Below, one piece after another: positions 43,477-53,662 of a stretch of DNA of 64,000 nt. The translations under genes were made by a program, and so were the position numbers. Source of the stretch: Nitrosopumilus sp. (GTDB lineage: Archaea; Thermoproteota; Nitrososphaeria; Nitrososphaerales; Nitrosopumilaceae). The stretch spans positions 2,007,849-2,071,848 of the forward strand of contig CBDBLX010000002.1 in assembly GCA_965207445.1 (NCBI GenBank), read 5' to 3'. How positions within the stretch are numbered: the stretch's first letter is position 1; every line of letters begins with the position of its first letter. The notes beneath the pieces are model-generated. The model did no database searches and was not told where the DNA came from. It saw only the letters and a list, made by a program, of their open reading frames with translations.

Positions 43477-43519
43477 CATTTCTATATAATCCATGAAATT
43501 ATATATTAAAAACCAGATA

Positions 43520-44935
43520 TTAAAAACCAGATGCAATAGGGTCAGGTGACTTGATTATCTCTCGAAGTAGCATAGTAGCAAATGATCCTCTAGCAAGAGA
43601 AAACACAACAGTTTTGCTATTGTGCCGCCACTCATATTGTGAGCATTGCATAATAGAATCTCTAAACCCACCCTCGCCACTGACTTCTTGCATCTCTTTT
43701 ACAAAAAAATCCTTTGGGGATACACACTCATCTGCAAGTACAGATGACACAAAAGGAGCAAATCTAGTCTTCGCATAGTAAGAGTACCCTACAATTGGAA
43801 TCGTGACACTGTATGGACTAATTCGTATTAAATTATGTTCATTATTGGTGTTATGGTTTGAATCGTTGATACTACTATTATTAGTAGTAGTAGTAGTCAA
43901 ACCCTTTTGATTTTTATCATATTTGCCAAGTTGCCCAGCACGATCAAAACAAACATCACCACGAATTGGTACTAATACATCTTCATTCTTGGAAATAGCA
44001 ATACTCAAGACACGATTGAATATATACGACTGGTATGCACTAATGTATAATCTACGCAGTTGTAAAGGAATTGCCCTAAATGCCTTGAACGAATCACCAT
44101 GTGCATCAAGCTCACCTAGTATTAATCGTTCAGTATCCATGCCAGCGGGCAGCCGTCTCATGGACTGTCCATATTTAGCAGGATCTGCGAGGTTTTCGCG
44201 CATATTACGGCGATCATCAGTATCATACTTTGAGTCAAACTCTAGTATCAATCGCACAGCCTCATCAAAATCGCATTTTATAACAGCACGCCCCACAAGA
44301 TGCGTCACAGGGCGCCTAGATCCAAATCTCTGATAACCATAAAAGTTTGGGATGCGCGTATATTCTGTGAATCTGGCCGGATCACATATTGAACTATCAT
44401 CTATCTTGCTCCAGTCACCGGTTATTCGTATATGAAACCTATTTCCTAGCATCTGTTTTTTAGTAAGAGGTTTTTTGAGATAACCTACAAACGTTATGCT
44501 AAACTTTGGAGTGGCAATATCCTGAAGACGTTTATTCATACCAGTTGAACAAACATATTGACTAGTACTAGCAGATGCGTCTTTGAGTCCCAATGATTTT
44601 AGACGTGCACCAGTCATTTTGTATATTGTAGATAATACATGTGCAGTATCGATTCCACGTTTTTTGAGCATGTATACTGCATAACCGCCTTTGCTACTAT
44701 AGGTATCAACAGATGCAACATCAGAAACACCTCTACGTGCTATATCATACTTGCCAGCATTATTAAAATAATCATTAGAATTGGCAAGTGAATCAAGTGT
44801 CTTTTGAGACAAAATCTCATGTACTGCAAAATCATCTACTGTTGCACGGATGCCGTATCCGCTACCAAGGCCTTGAAATGCAGTTGCATATAGGCCAATG
44901 CCAACATCAATATCAATATCAGGAACTGTACTCAC
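43520..44935 (-). CDS. truD: tRNA pseudouridine(13) synthase
   Basis: GLKDASA, GNRF, PNFYGYQRFG, SAYQSYIFN, GSFATMLLRE. Confidence 0.93.
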   Translation of the reverse strand: MSTVPDIDIDVGIGLYATAFQGLGSGYGIRATVDDFAVHEILSQKTLDSLANSNDYFNNAGKYDIARRGVSDVASVDTYSSKGGYAVYMLKKRGIDTAHVLSTIYKMTGARLKSLGLKDASASTSQYVCSTGMNKRLQDIATPKFSITFVGYLKKPLTKKQMLGNRFHIRITGDWSKIDDSSICDPARFTEYTRIPNFYGYQRFGSRRPVTHLVGRAVIKCDFDEAVRLILEFDSKYDTDDRRNMRENLADPAKYGQSMRRLPAGMDTERLILGELDAHGDSFKAFRAIPLQLRRLYISAYQSYIFNRVLSIAISKNEDVLVPIRGDVCFDRAGQLGKYDKNQKGLTTTTTNNSSINDSNHNTNNEHNLIRISPYSVTIPIVGYSYYAKTRFAPFVSSVLADECVSPKDFFVKEMQEVSGEGGFRDSIMQCSQYEWRHNSKTVVFSLARGSFATMLLREIIKSPDPIASGF

Positions 44936-46602
44936 TGTACCGTCACGGTGAAAAATTTGCCTACTGCTACATCAGGTGCCTGAGCACCAAGTAAGATTTT
45001 GTAAAGTCCGTTAGGCGCATTAGCAGTCACTGATATTATAACATCATAACTTGTAACTCTATGGTCAAATACTTCTTGATTATTTAACATAATATCATTT
45101 GCCTCGGGAATCATTGTGACTGTAATGTGTTCGCTTGCAGATATCACATATGGCTCAAACTGTATATGAGGAGTGTTTGCATTTAATGTGTTGTTGCTCA
45201 TAATTACATTGAATGTGAGAGATTCAAGTGTAGATCTCTGTAACGACAAAAATTCAGAGGATAGTTCAATGTCAAATGGTAGAGGATGCGCAGTATCAAC
45301 TACACCAATCTTATTCTCGGCCCATTCTGTGAACCAGATCTGATCTTCGTATATGTCAAAGTCAAATATCTGTGCAACACCACACCGTTCAGCAGACAAT
45401 AGAGCAGCAGTATCATTAAGAGTAGGTGCATTGCAATCAGACCAATAAGGGTTTTTAGATGGTACATGATACTCTACTAATTTTTGAGATGCAGTATCAA
45501 GAACAGATATGTTGTTTGATGTCTGTGCATTAAATACAATGCGACCTGCATCATCTGTTGCCAACCAGTATGGTCTTGAGATTGGTTGTTTTATGACCCC
45601 CGTGTAATTCCCATATGTAGAGGGCATTGGGTCTGCTGTCGTATATTTTGTAAAGTATCCAAATGAAGGTATAAATTCAAAGAGTGACGAGGATGATGTA
45701 TCTGCAAGCCAGACATTACCATTTGGAGATATTGCAATACCATTTGGTGTCTGAAGTTCAGTAGGTAGATTGTAAATATCTACAAAGTCAATTGGAGGTA
45801 AAAATTGTTGACCAGATGCAGCTGCAATATCAACATATCTCTTATGCTCAAACTTTACAAGGTACCCATCACCATCAGGGTACTGCCAGCTTGTATACCA
45901 TATGTTCCCATTACCATCAGGTACAAAACTAGCCGTCACAGAACCATCAAATGGAGATGGTGCAACCAAATAAAAGTCAGGTTGACTAACATCCAAAAAT
46001 GTAATCATATTTCCATAAAAATCATTCACTATAATTTGTGAGCCATCAATTAACAGTCGTTGAGGAAGTGGATCATCTACTGCTCGTGGATATGGAATAT
46101 TCCCATACTGTCCGATTGTAGGATTAAATGCCCATATTGAATCAGACCAATCATCAGTATACCATATCAAGTCATCAGGAGCATAATCCATACCCCACAT
46201 CATCGAAGTAGCACCAGTAGGCCAATTAGGATTAGGAAATTCGGTAAATGTCTCAGTGTCAGGATCAAATGTTGCAACCATGCCAGTGTTTGATTCTGCA
46301 AACCATGGATGTCCATCATAATCTACTGTAATAGCAAGTGGATTTGTACATGCAGTAGGGATCTCAAACTCACGAATGTAATCAGTTGATGTAGGAGGTT
46401 GCCCAGTACCACAGAACATTATGCGGTCAGCTTCTGGGTGGTTTTGAGAGTAGTCATAATTTACATCATGTGTGTTAGACATCATTGAATCAGAGGACAT
46501 GTTATCTGGAACTATACCAGGTATTGCAATCACTATAGTAGATGTAAGCATTATTCCACCAAGAAACGCAAATGCAAGTAGTCCTTTAGTACGCTTCTTC
46601 AT
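44932..46602 (-). CDS. Secreted Vgb-lyase-like beta-propeller protein
   Basis: Repeated P..I..D.DG..WF.E blades; N-terminal signal. Confidence 0.8.
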   Translation of the reverse strand: MKKRTKGLLAFAFLGGIMLTSTIVIAIPGIVPDNMSSDSMMSNTHDVNYDYSQNHPEADRIMFCGTGQPPTSTDYIREFEIPTACTNPLAITVDYDGHPWFAESNTGMVATFDPDTETFTEFPNPNWPTGATSMMWGMDYAPDDLIWYTDDWSDSIWAFNPTIGQYGNIPYPRAVDDPLPQRLLIDGSQIIVNDFYGNMITFLDVSQPDFYLVAPSPFDGSVTASFVPDGNGNIWYTSWQYPDGDGYLVKFEHKRYVDIAAASGQQFLPPIDFVDIYNLPTELQTPNGIAISPNGNVWLADTSSSSLFEFIPSFGYFTKYTTADPMPSTYGNYTGVIKQPISRPYWLATDDAGRIVFNAQTSNNISVLDTASQKLVEYHVPSKNPYWSDCNAPTLNDTAALLSAERCGVAQIFDFDIYEDQIWFTEWAENKIGVVDTAHPLPFDIELSSEFLSLQRSTLESLTFNVIMSNNTLNANTPHIQFEPYVISASEHITVTMIPEANDIMLNNQEVFDHRVTSYDVIISVTANAPNGLYKILLGAQAPDVAVGKFFTVTVQ

Positions 46603-46723
46603 AAATGAGATGTTTCATGCACCGTTAATATCTCTATAATGTCGACGATTATTCATCTTTTGTAAAACTACTCTTCTAGTAAGTCTGCATCACATGATGC
46701 ACATGAGCATGTTAATTCACAAG

Positions 46724-47080
46724 TCACAATAATTTGAGGTGTCCCGTTATACGATCTATTGCATTTTCAGGTGCAGGTCCTATTGACATACAAGTGACAG
46801 TTCCAGGCTCAAGCTGAGTATGTCCCGCATCAGATACAACTGCATAGGGTAAGTTATCATGGGCAGAGGCAATCTTTAGTTGGTTTAAATCAGCAATATT
46901 TGAAACCTTGAGTGCAATCTTCTTTTGGCCCTCATTCCACCATATGTCATACCATTCGGGATGAGTTTTTCTCACACGATCAACTCCCAGTACACAAGCG
47001 TGTCCAGCTTGGGCGGCCATCTTTCCACGACCCATACCAAGGTCAGTTCGCATTACAATCACCTGTTTTATTGAATCCAT
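46724..47080 (-). CDS. pth2: Peptidyl-tRNA hydrolase Pth2
   Basis: KQVIVMRTDLGMGRGKMAAQAGHA, DAGHTQ, TGHLKLL. Confidence 0.95.
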   Translation of the reverse strand: MDSIKQVIVMRTDLGMGRGKMAAQAGHACVLGVDRVRKTHPEWYDIWWNEGQKKIALKVSNIADLNQLKIASAHDNLPYAVVSDAGHTQLEPGTVTCMSIGPAPENAIDRITGHLKLL

Positions 47081-47163
47081 GATATAACATAACACAAGTG
47101 CATCAAAAACATTTGCAATAGTTAAAACAACAACAAAAATACAGAAATAATTATCAAATTCAT

Positions 47164-47229
47164 ATACGTGGCACAATACGTGGCACAATACGTGGTACAA
47201 TACGTGGTACAATACATGGCACAATACAT
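47164..47229. repeat. 12-bp tandem repeat ATACGTGG(C/T)ACA, about 5.5 copies
   Basis: Lies between the divergent pth2 and oxidoreductase genes. Confidence 0.9.
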
Positions 47230-47287
47230 ACTAGAAAAACCAAACGATGATTTCATCAATTAAATAATTCAAATACAGAGTCAATTC

Positions 47288-48475
47288 ATGAGTACTTTGT
47301 ATGATGTGGTAATTGCAGGAGGTAGTATTGCAGGACTCTTGTGTGCAAGGGAAATAGCATCAGCAGGACATACAGTACTAGTAGTTGAGAAAGATTATGA
47401 GATTGGAACACCAGAGCACTGCGGAGGACTTGTTAGTAGTAAAGGGTTAAGTGAGCTTGGAATAGTACCATTTGGAAATACAATATTACATCATATAAAA
47501 AAAGCCCAAATAACGACGCCAGATGGCTCACACAGCATAACAATAGATGCAAAAAATCAAAACGTAATTGGAATTGACAGACGTGCACTTGACAAACAGA
47601 TTGCTCATCAAGCTCAAAAAAGCGGAGCCAAGATAATCACCAAAACCACCGTGCAGGAGATGACAGATGATGGCGTAAGAGTGACTACATATGGCAACAA
47701 TAGCACAATCATAAAATGTGATATTGTTGTAGATGCAAGAGGAGTATCATCTCTGATTCAAAAGGACAGAACAGGTGCAATACCATCAGCACAATATGAA
47801 GTATATGCAGATTGGATAAAAGATGGAACGGTAGAGATCGTACTAGATCAGCAAAAGTATCCAGGGTTCTTTGCATGGGTTATACCATCAGGTCGCGGCC
47901 GCGGTCGTGTCGGTGTGGCAGGTAGAAAGGTGAATGTGGGAGATGCATTAGAGTTGTTTCTTGCAAAAAGAGATCACAGCTCAAATACTTGTTCGATCAT
48001 CAGAAAGATATTTGCACCAATCTGGATTAATGGACATATAAAAAAGTTTCATGACGGAAAAATGATAATAGTTGGGGATGCAGCAGGACAGGCAAAACCC
48101 ACCACAGCAGGTGGAATATTTTCAAGTGGTATGGGGGGCATACTTGCAGGACGTGCAATATCACAATACCTCAAAGGAACAATAGAGAGCATAGATGAGA
48201 TGGGTAAGATGTATCAGAAAAGATGGCTTGATAAATTCGGACACGAATTTAATAAACAGATACTTGCAAGAAAGACATTGGAGAGAGTAGACAATATTGC
48301 AATAACAAAGATGATAAAATCAGTACCAAGTAATACACTGCAAGAGATATCCAAAAGTGATGACTTTGATTTTCATGTATCAGCAATTTTGAGATTGTTG
48401 GGAGTGACGGGAACAGCAAAGGTAGCACAAAGTATGGTTGCATCAGAGTTGAGAAGAATTATCAACAAAAAATAA
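47288..48475 (+). CDS. Geranylgeranyl-reductase-family FAD oxidoreductase
   Basis: IAGGSIAG, PEHCGG, WVIP, GDAAGQAKPTTAGGI. Confidence 0.88.
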   Translation: MSTLYDVVIAGGSIAGLLCAREIASAGHTVLVVEKDYEIGTPEHCGGLVSSKGLSELGIVPFGNTILHHIKKAQITTPDGSHSITIDAKNQNVIGIDRRALDKQIAHQAQKSGAKIITKTTVQEMTDDGVRVTTYGNNSTIIKCDIVVDARGVSSLIQKDRTGAIPSAQYEVYADWIKDGTVEIVLDQQKYPGFFAWVIPSGRGRGRVGVAGRKVNVGDALELFLAKRDHSSNTCSIIRKIFAPIWINGHIKKFHDGKMIIVGDAAGQAKPTTAGGIFSSGMGGILAGRAISQYLKGTIESIDEMGKMYQKRWLDKFGHEFNKQILARKTLERVDNIAITKMIKSVPSNTLQEISKSDDFDFHVSAILRLLGVTGTAKVAQSMVASELRRIINKK

Positions 48476-48986
48476 AACTTTAATCTGCAAAAAAAATAAA
48501 ATCACTCATTTGCTGCCTATGGAGCAAAAGTAAAATTCAAGTTTGTGTTTATACACATGGACAAAAAGTTGACAGCAAAACCTTAGATCAAATGATCCAC
48601 ATCTCAATGATAGTCATAAATCATATCTGATTATAATATTGTACGTGTGTGTAAAAAAAAAGTCAGTCATATGCATCTATAAACAGATGTTACATGTAAT
48701 GGTTCTAATTCTCCTGTCATTGTTGTAATCAGTTAGTTTTGGAGAACAAGCAGTGCATCTGTAACGTCGAGTATGTGTAGTATTTGTTTTAAGATGTAGA
48801 TGGTTTTGATTTGATGGTTTTGTGAAATGTGGTAATCTCTTGTATTTTTGTCACAACATTACTATTGTTTACAAATACAATGATAGACAAAGTAATAAGC
48901 AAAATACTATCCATCAATATACATCATATGATCAAACATAACAAAGTGAATAAAGGTATAAATGATGCCTGAAAAGAAAATGCGTC

Positions 48987-49169
48987 ATGTCATCATCGAC
49001 AATAGTATTGCCAAAATGTAGTTCTTGCTTTAGATATATAATGCCAAATGACAAGTGTGTAAAGTTTTACTGTCCGAGTTGTGGAACAGAGTTGATATGG
49101 AGATGTCAAAGTTGTCGAGAAGCGGCAATAGAATACAAATGTATAACATGTGGGTTTGAGGGTCCTTGA
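48987..49169 (+). CDS. Zinc-finger protein (HVO_2753/DUF1610-like)
   Basis: Four CxxC motifs, GFEGP end, upstream of EF-1beta. Confidence 0.9.
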   Translation: MSSSTIVLPKCSSCFRYIMPNDKCVKFYCPSCGTELIWRCQSCREAAIEYKCITCGFEGP

Positions 49170-49189
49170 TTAGTAGCGGTGATATGTAA

Positions 49190-49471
49190 ATGGCGCAACT
49201 TTTGTTAATTACAAAGATACTTCCAAGTGAGATAGAGGTAGACTTGGATGTCATGGCAGAGTCCATAAAATCAGCATTGACAGATGATATCACACTAAAA
49301 AGATACGAGAAAGAGCCACTGGCATTTGGTTTGCACTTTTTAAAAGCAGAGTTTGTCTTGGAGGACAAAGAAGGGCAGATGGACTCACTAGAAAAAGCCG
49401 TGCGTAGCACTAAAGGAGTAAGTGAGTTTGAAGTTCTCAACATGAGTAGAATGTCAGTAGATGTAAAATGA
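49190..49471 (+). CDS. ef1b: Elongation factor 1-beta
   Basis: KILP, EPLAFGL. Confidence 0.92.
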   Translation: MAQLLLITKILPSEIEVDLDVMAESIKSALTDDITLKRYEKEPLAFGLHFLKAEFVLEDKEGQMDSLEKAVRSTKGVSEFEVLNMSRMSVDVK

Positions 49472-49475
49472 TGAT

Positions 49476-51752
49476 GTGAGCTTCTTGGCACGCCAAGATA
49501 TAGACAACTCCCAGATGAGAGTAGGCGAAGCAATACAGCGAGATATCGGTAAAAAGAGAGCCCGTATAAGTCAAAGTGTATTAGATCATATAAGAATAAA
49601 GGCAGGTGACATAATCACAATATCAAACACAAAGAGCAATGGGAATAGTTGCGTGACGGTATGGCCCATGGATGAAAGTGATGACAAGTCACCAAACATC
49701 ATAAGAATAGATGGCCAAACAAGGAATAACATAGGCGTGTCAATCAATGAGACAGTTCAGATAAAAGAAGCAAATGTTCAACAAGCACAATCAATATCAT
49801 TAGCATCTATGGGTGAGCGAAACACCAAAGGAGTAAATGACGGAAATGATTCGACTCATAATAGTAAAATTGACAAGGACTTTGTCGAGTTTATCAAAAG
49901 TAAATTAATTGGAACGCCAATCATGAAAGATGAGGAGATATCAGTCATGATACTCGGTAGTCCCAAAGTCTTCAAAGTATCAATGACTCAACCAAGAAGT
50001 GGTGTGCTCAAAGTAAATTCAAATACACTAGTCACGATACAAGCAGCAGATCACACTGATAAAAATATAGAACTTGAAAAGAGGCGTATAACGTATGAGG
50101 AAGTCGGCGGTCTCTTAAAAGAAGTCAGAGCGATGAGGGAGATAGTAGAGCTCCCACTCAGGCATCCAGAGATGTTCTCAATGTTAGGTGTAGAGCCACA
50201 CAGTGGCATACTATTGTATGGCCCACCAGGATGTGGCAAGACACTACTTGCAAGAGTTCTTGCAAACGAGTCAGAGGCAAAGATGTTTTTGATAAACGGT
50301 CCCGAAATAGTGACCAAATATTATGGGGCAACGGAGGCAAATCTCAGAGACATATTCAAAGAAGCAAAAGATGCATCTCCGAGTATAATATTCATAGATG
50401 AGATAGATGCCATTGCTCCAAAAAGAGACAATGTACGTGGTGATGTAGAGAAACGTGTCGTGGCACAACTGCTTGCGCTAATGGATGGTCTCAATGATAG
50501 AGGAAATGTCATGGTGCTTGGTGCAACCAATATGCCAGACAGTGTAGATTCTGCATTACGACGGCCAGGTAGATTTGATAGAGAATTTGAGATATCTGTT
50601 CCAAATGAAGAAGGGCGACACGAAATATTGCTCATACATACACGAGGAATGCCAATGGCAGCAGATGTAAATACAAAAAATTTAGCATCAGAATTGTATG
50701 GATATACGGGGGCCGACATCAAATCACTGTGCAGAGAAGCTGCAATGAAATCCATTAGAAGATATGTACCAGAGATCGACTTGGCATCAGAGAGTATCCC
50801 CTCAGAGGTTTTACGTTCAATGCAAGTCACGCTTGCAGATTTTTATGATGCAATGCAAGAGATCGTACCCACTGCAATGAGGGAATTTTACGTAGAGAGT
50901 CCCACCATAAAGTGGCAAAATGTAGGAGGTTTGGATGATCTCAAAGAGGCATTGACAGACAATATAGTATCTGCCATAAAGGATCCGACAAAGTTCACAA
51001 AGATGGGAATAAAACCGCCAAGGGGTGCGCTAATATATGGACCGCCAGGATGTGGCAAGACAATACTAGGGAGGGCACTAGCAACTGAAACAGGTGCAAA
51101 TATGATACTTGTTAGAGGTCCAGAGATACTCTCAAAGTGGGTAGGAGAATCAGAAAAAGCTATTCGCGAGATATTTCGCAAGGCAAAGGCATCATCACCA
51201 TGTATTATAATATTCGATGAGATCGACTCACTTGCGCACCACAGACAATCATACGGGACAAGTGACACAAATAATGCATCAGTAAATGAGACTATACTGA
51301 GTCAGTTGTTAACAGAGATTGAGAGTGCATCATCTAGAGTGGCAATAATTGGCACTACGAGTAGGCCAGACGTTCTTGATAGATCACTTTTGAGGACAGG
51401 TCGACTTGACCTTGCATTATATGCATCAGCACCCAACAAACAAGATAGACTTGATATAATAAAGATACTCGTATCAAAGATGCCACTTGCAAATGACGTT
51501 GATCTAGACAAAATTGCATCAATGACACAAAACTATACAGGAGCAGATATTGCAGCAATTTGTAGAGAAGCAGCAGTTGCAGCAATAAAAGACAATTTAG
51601 ACACCATAAGTGACATACACTTTACACATGCACTAAAACAGGTCGGACCGTCCATCACAGATGAGATAAATCAGTGGTATGATACCATCAGGGAAGGTAT
51701 ATCTAATGTTGTTTTACCATCAAAAAATAGTAAAACTACATTTTATGGATAA
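49476..51752 (+). CDS. CDC48-family AAA ATPase
   Basis: Two GPPGCGKT and DEID modules after an N-domain. Confidence 0.95.
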   Translation: MSFLARQDIDNSQMRVGEAIQRDIGKKRARISQSVLDHIRIKAGDIITISNTKSNGNSCVTVWPMDESDDKSPNIIRIDGQTRNNIGVSINETVQIKEANVQQAQSISLASMGERNTKGVNDGNDSTHNSKIDKDFVEFIKSKLIGTPIMKDEEISVMILGSPKVFKVSMTQPRSGVLKVNSNTLVTIQAADHTDKNIELEKRRITYEEVGGLLKEVRAMREIVELPLRHPEMFSMLGVEPHSGILLYGPPGCGKTLLARVLANESEAKMFLINGPEIVTKYYGATEANLRDIFKEAKDASPSIIFIDEIDAIAPKRDNVRGDVEKRVVAQLLALMDGLNDRGNVMVLGATNMPDSVDSALRRPGRFDREFEISVPNEEGRHEILLIHTRGMPMAADVNTKNLASELYGYTGADIKSLCREAAMKSIRRYVPEIDLASESIPSEVLRSMQVTLADFYDAMQEIVPTAMREFYVESPTIKWQNVGGLDDLKEALTDNIVSAIKDPTKFTKMGIKPPRGALIYGPPGCGKTILGRALATETGANMILVRGPEILSKWVGESEKAIREIFRKAKASSPCIIIFDEIDSLAHHRQSYGTSDTNNASVNETILSQLLTEIESASSRVAIIGTTSRPDVLDRSLLRTGRLDLALYASAPNKQDRLDIIKILVSKMPLANDVDLDKIASMTQNYTGADIAAICREAAVAAIKDNLDTISDIHFTHALKQVGPSITDEINQWYDTIREGISNVVLPSKNSKTTFYG

Positions 51753-52150
51753 TGATTGAAATGGTATCTCTAATTAAAAATACATTATATGAAAAGGTAA
51801 AGAATGTAGGCGCACTGACAGATACAGAACTGTACAAGAATATGACAAAAGATGGAAATGTGATATCAGAAGACCAGTTCAACAAACTATTACTTGATTT
51901 GGAGATACAAGGCTTGATCAAAGTATCATGGTCTACAAAAGACAACCGCCGTATAGAAATATCAAATGAAGAACCCATACAAGATAACTATGCAAATAAT
52001 AATGACGGAAATGATAGTGATAATAATAGTAGTAGGGGTGGTAGTGGTGGTGGCAATGCCAATTCATACACATCGGGCAACAGCAATGCATCAAGATCAA
52101 ATGACGAAGATGTGTCATACGAGGCCAGTTTTCCTGGCTTTGAAAAATAG
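51752..52150 (+). CDS. Small wHTH-like protein with N/G/S-rich insert
   Basis: FNKLLLDLEIQGLIKVSW; YEASFPG end. Confidence 0.7.
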   Translation: MIEMVSLIKNTLYEKVKNVGALTDTELYKNMTKDGNVISEDQFNKLLLDLEIQGLIKVSWSTKDNRRIEISNEEPIQDNYANNNDGNDSDNNSSRGGSGGGNANSYTSGNSNASRSNDEDVSYEASFPGFEK

Positions 52151-52372
52151 TATGAAAATATTAAATCATATATTATTTACAATTATAAACACAATTACAT
52201 ACCAACACACTCATACATACACAACAATCAGTTATCAAAACACTAAAGCACGCACTAAATATTAAAGTTCAATATGGCAATCGATATTTTGCACATCATA
52301 TGTACAATCAATGTGTGTGAAGATTGACGAATTCACAAAAATTATACATCACACAATAGTGATGGCATACGC

Positions 52373-53260
52373 TCAAAACAATGGCATGTGAAACGCAGCA
52401 TCCAACACTACTGCTGCAAATATTATAGTGAGATAAGGTGCAGTCACCTTGTATGCTTTCCATGCAAACTCAGATGTAGGAGTCTTTGTGAGTTTGTAGT
52501 GATAAATGAGCATTAGTCCACCAGATATAGCAGCAATTACAAAATATACCAATCCCATACCTGCGGGGATAAATGATAGTGTGAATGAAAACGGTACGAG
52601 TATGATGGTGTTTGCAAGTATGTAGCGAGATGTCTTTTGCATTCCTATTACAACAGGGAGCATTGGAACATTTGCTTGTGCATATTCGTCTTTTATCTTC
52701 ATTGCAAGACACCAAAAGTGAGAAGGCGTCCATACAAACACCAAAAATCCGACCAAAAATCCAAGTAAATCCATGCTACCAGTAGCCCCTGCCCATCCTG
52801 CCCATGCAGCAGCACTACCTGCAATTCCACCAATTACTATATTTGATGTGTTGAGTCTTTTTAGCCACACTGTGTATATTATTACATACGAAAAAATCCC
52901 AAGCGATATGAATGCAGCAGATACAGGATTTAATGCAAAATATCCATATATAACAGAAACACAACTGACTGCCATACCATATACCAGCACTGTAGACGGT
53001 GACATGCGTCCTGCTGGAATGGGTCGTTTACGCGTACGGTCCATCATAGAGTCAATGTCGCGATCATAATAGTGATTCAATGCACTAGAACCAGCAGAAG
53101 CAAGAGAGCCTGCAATAATAATATGAATATAGTGTATATAATCTAGATCTGGTGCGCCATCGACGAGTTTGCTAGCACCATACATGGATGCAACAGCAGT
53201 TATAACTAGTAAAATTACTATTCGAGGCTTTGAGACTTCTACTATATCACGTAATGTCAT
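52373..53260 (-). CDS. cyoE: Heme o synthase (protoheme IX farnesyltransferase)
   Basis: KPRI, DRDIDSMMDRTRKRPIP, WTPSHFW. Confidence 0.93.
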   Translation of the reverse strand: MTLRDIVEVSKPRIVILLVITAVASMYGASKLVDGAPDLDYIHYIHIIIAGSLASAGSSALNHYYDRDIDSMMDRTRKRPIPAGRMSPSTVLVYGMAVSCVSVIYGYFALNPVSAAFISLGIFSYVIIYTVWLKRLNTSNIVIGGIAGSAAAWAGWAGATGSMDLLGFLVGFLVFVWTPSHFWCLAMKIKDEYAQANVPMLPVVIGMQKTSRYILANTIILVPFSFTLSFIPAGMGLVYFVIAAISGGLMLIYHYKLTKTPTSEFAWKAYKVTAPYLTIIFAAVVLDAAFHMPLF

Positions 53261-53361
53261 TATGCATATCACAGTATAATACAATTTATTTTCTTGTAAA
53301 TTAGTCAATACAGTCAATGATGAGGACTTATCTAGAGTGAGACCGATCAAAACCGAATGCT

Positions 53362-53471
53362 TACTGATATGATTAAAGATCCGATATTTTGATTGATATT
53401 TATCTCGAAGTTGAGCACATATTATGAATACAAAATATTAGAAAACTATCGGATCTTTAATGAAACTATTA
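53362..53471. mobile_element. MITE family C, copy 2
   Basis: TA...TA ends matching the IS630 TIR; TGCT on both flanks. Confidence 0.87.
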
Positions 53472-53503
53472 TGCTCAAGGACAAAGAAGGCATCAACATA
53501 CGC

Positions 53504-53662
53504 ATGAGTAAGAGACGTAACCCACAGGACAAAGTCGATGTTGTTAAAGTGATGCAGAAAAATGAACTAAACATACGAACAATAAGAGACGTAATCCACA
53601 GGACAAAGTCGATGTTGTTGTAGTATTTTTTATCACCCACATATCTGCAGTTGAGATATGCT
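53504..53662 (+). pseudogene. 5' part of an IS3-like OrfA helix-turn-helix transposase remnant, continued at about 56752-56866
   Basis: Removing IS630 and IS110 joins KRRNPQDKVDVVVVFFITHISAVEIC to CKHNVSPATFQDWR in frame. Confidence 0.6.

Noticed and set aside
47081..47224. N-terminal extension of Pth2
   Set aside because: Translation of a 12-bp intergenic repeat.
53509..53619. Two 37-bp repeats separated by 37 bp (CRISPR-like)
   Set aside because: They encode KRRNPQDKVDVV of the HTH transposase remnant and share upstream AACATACG, so this is a local duplication.
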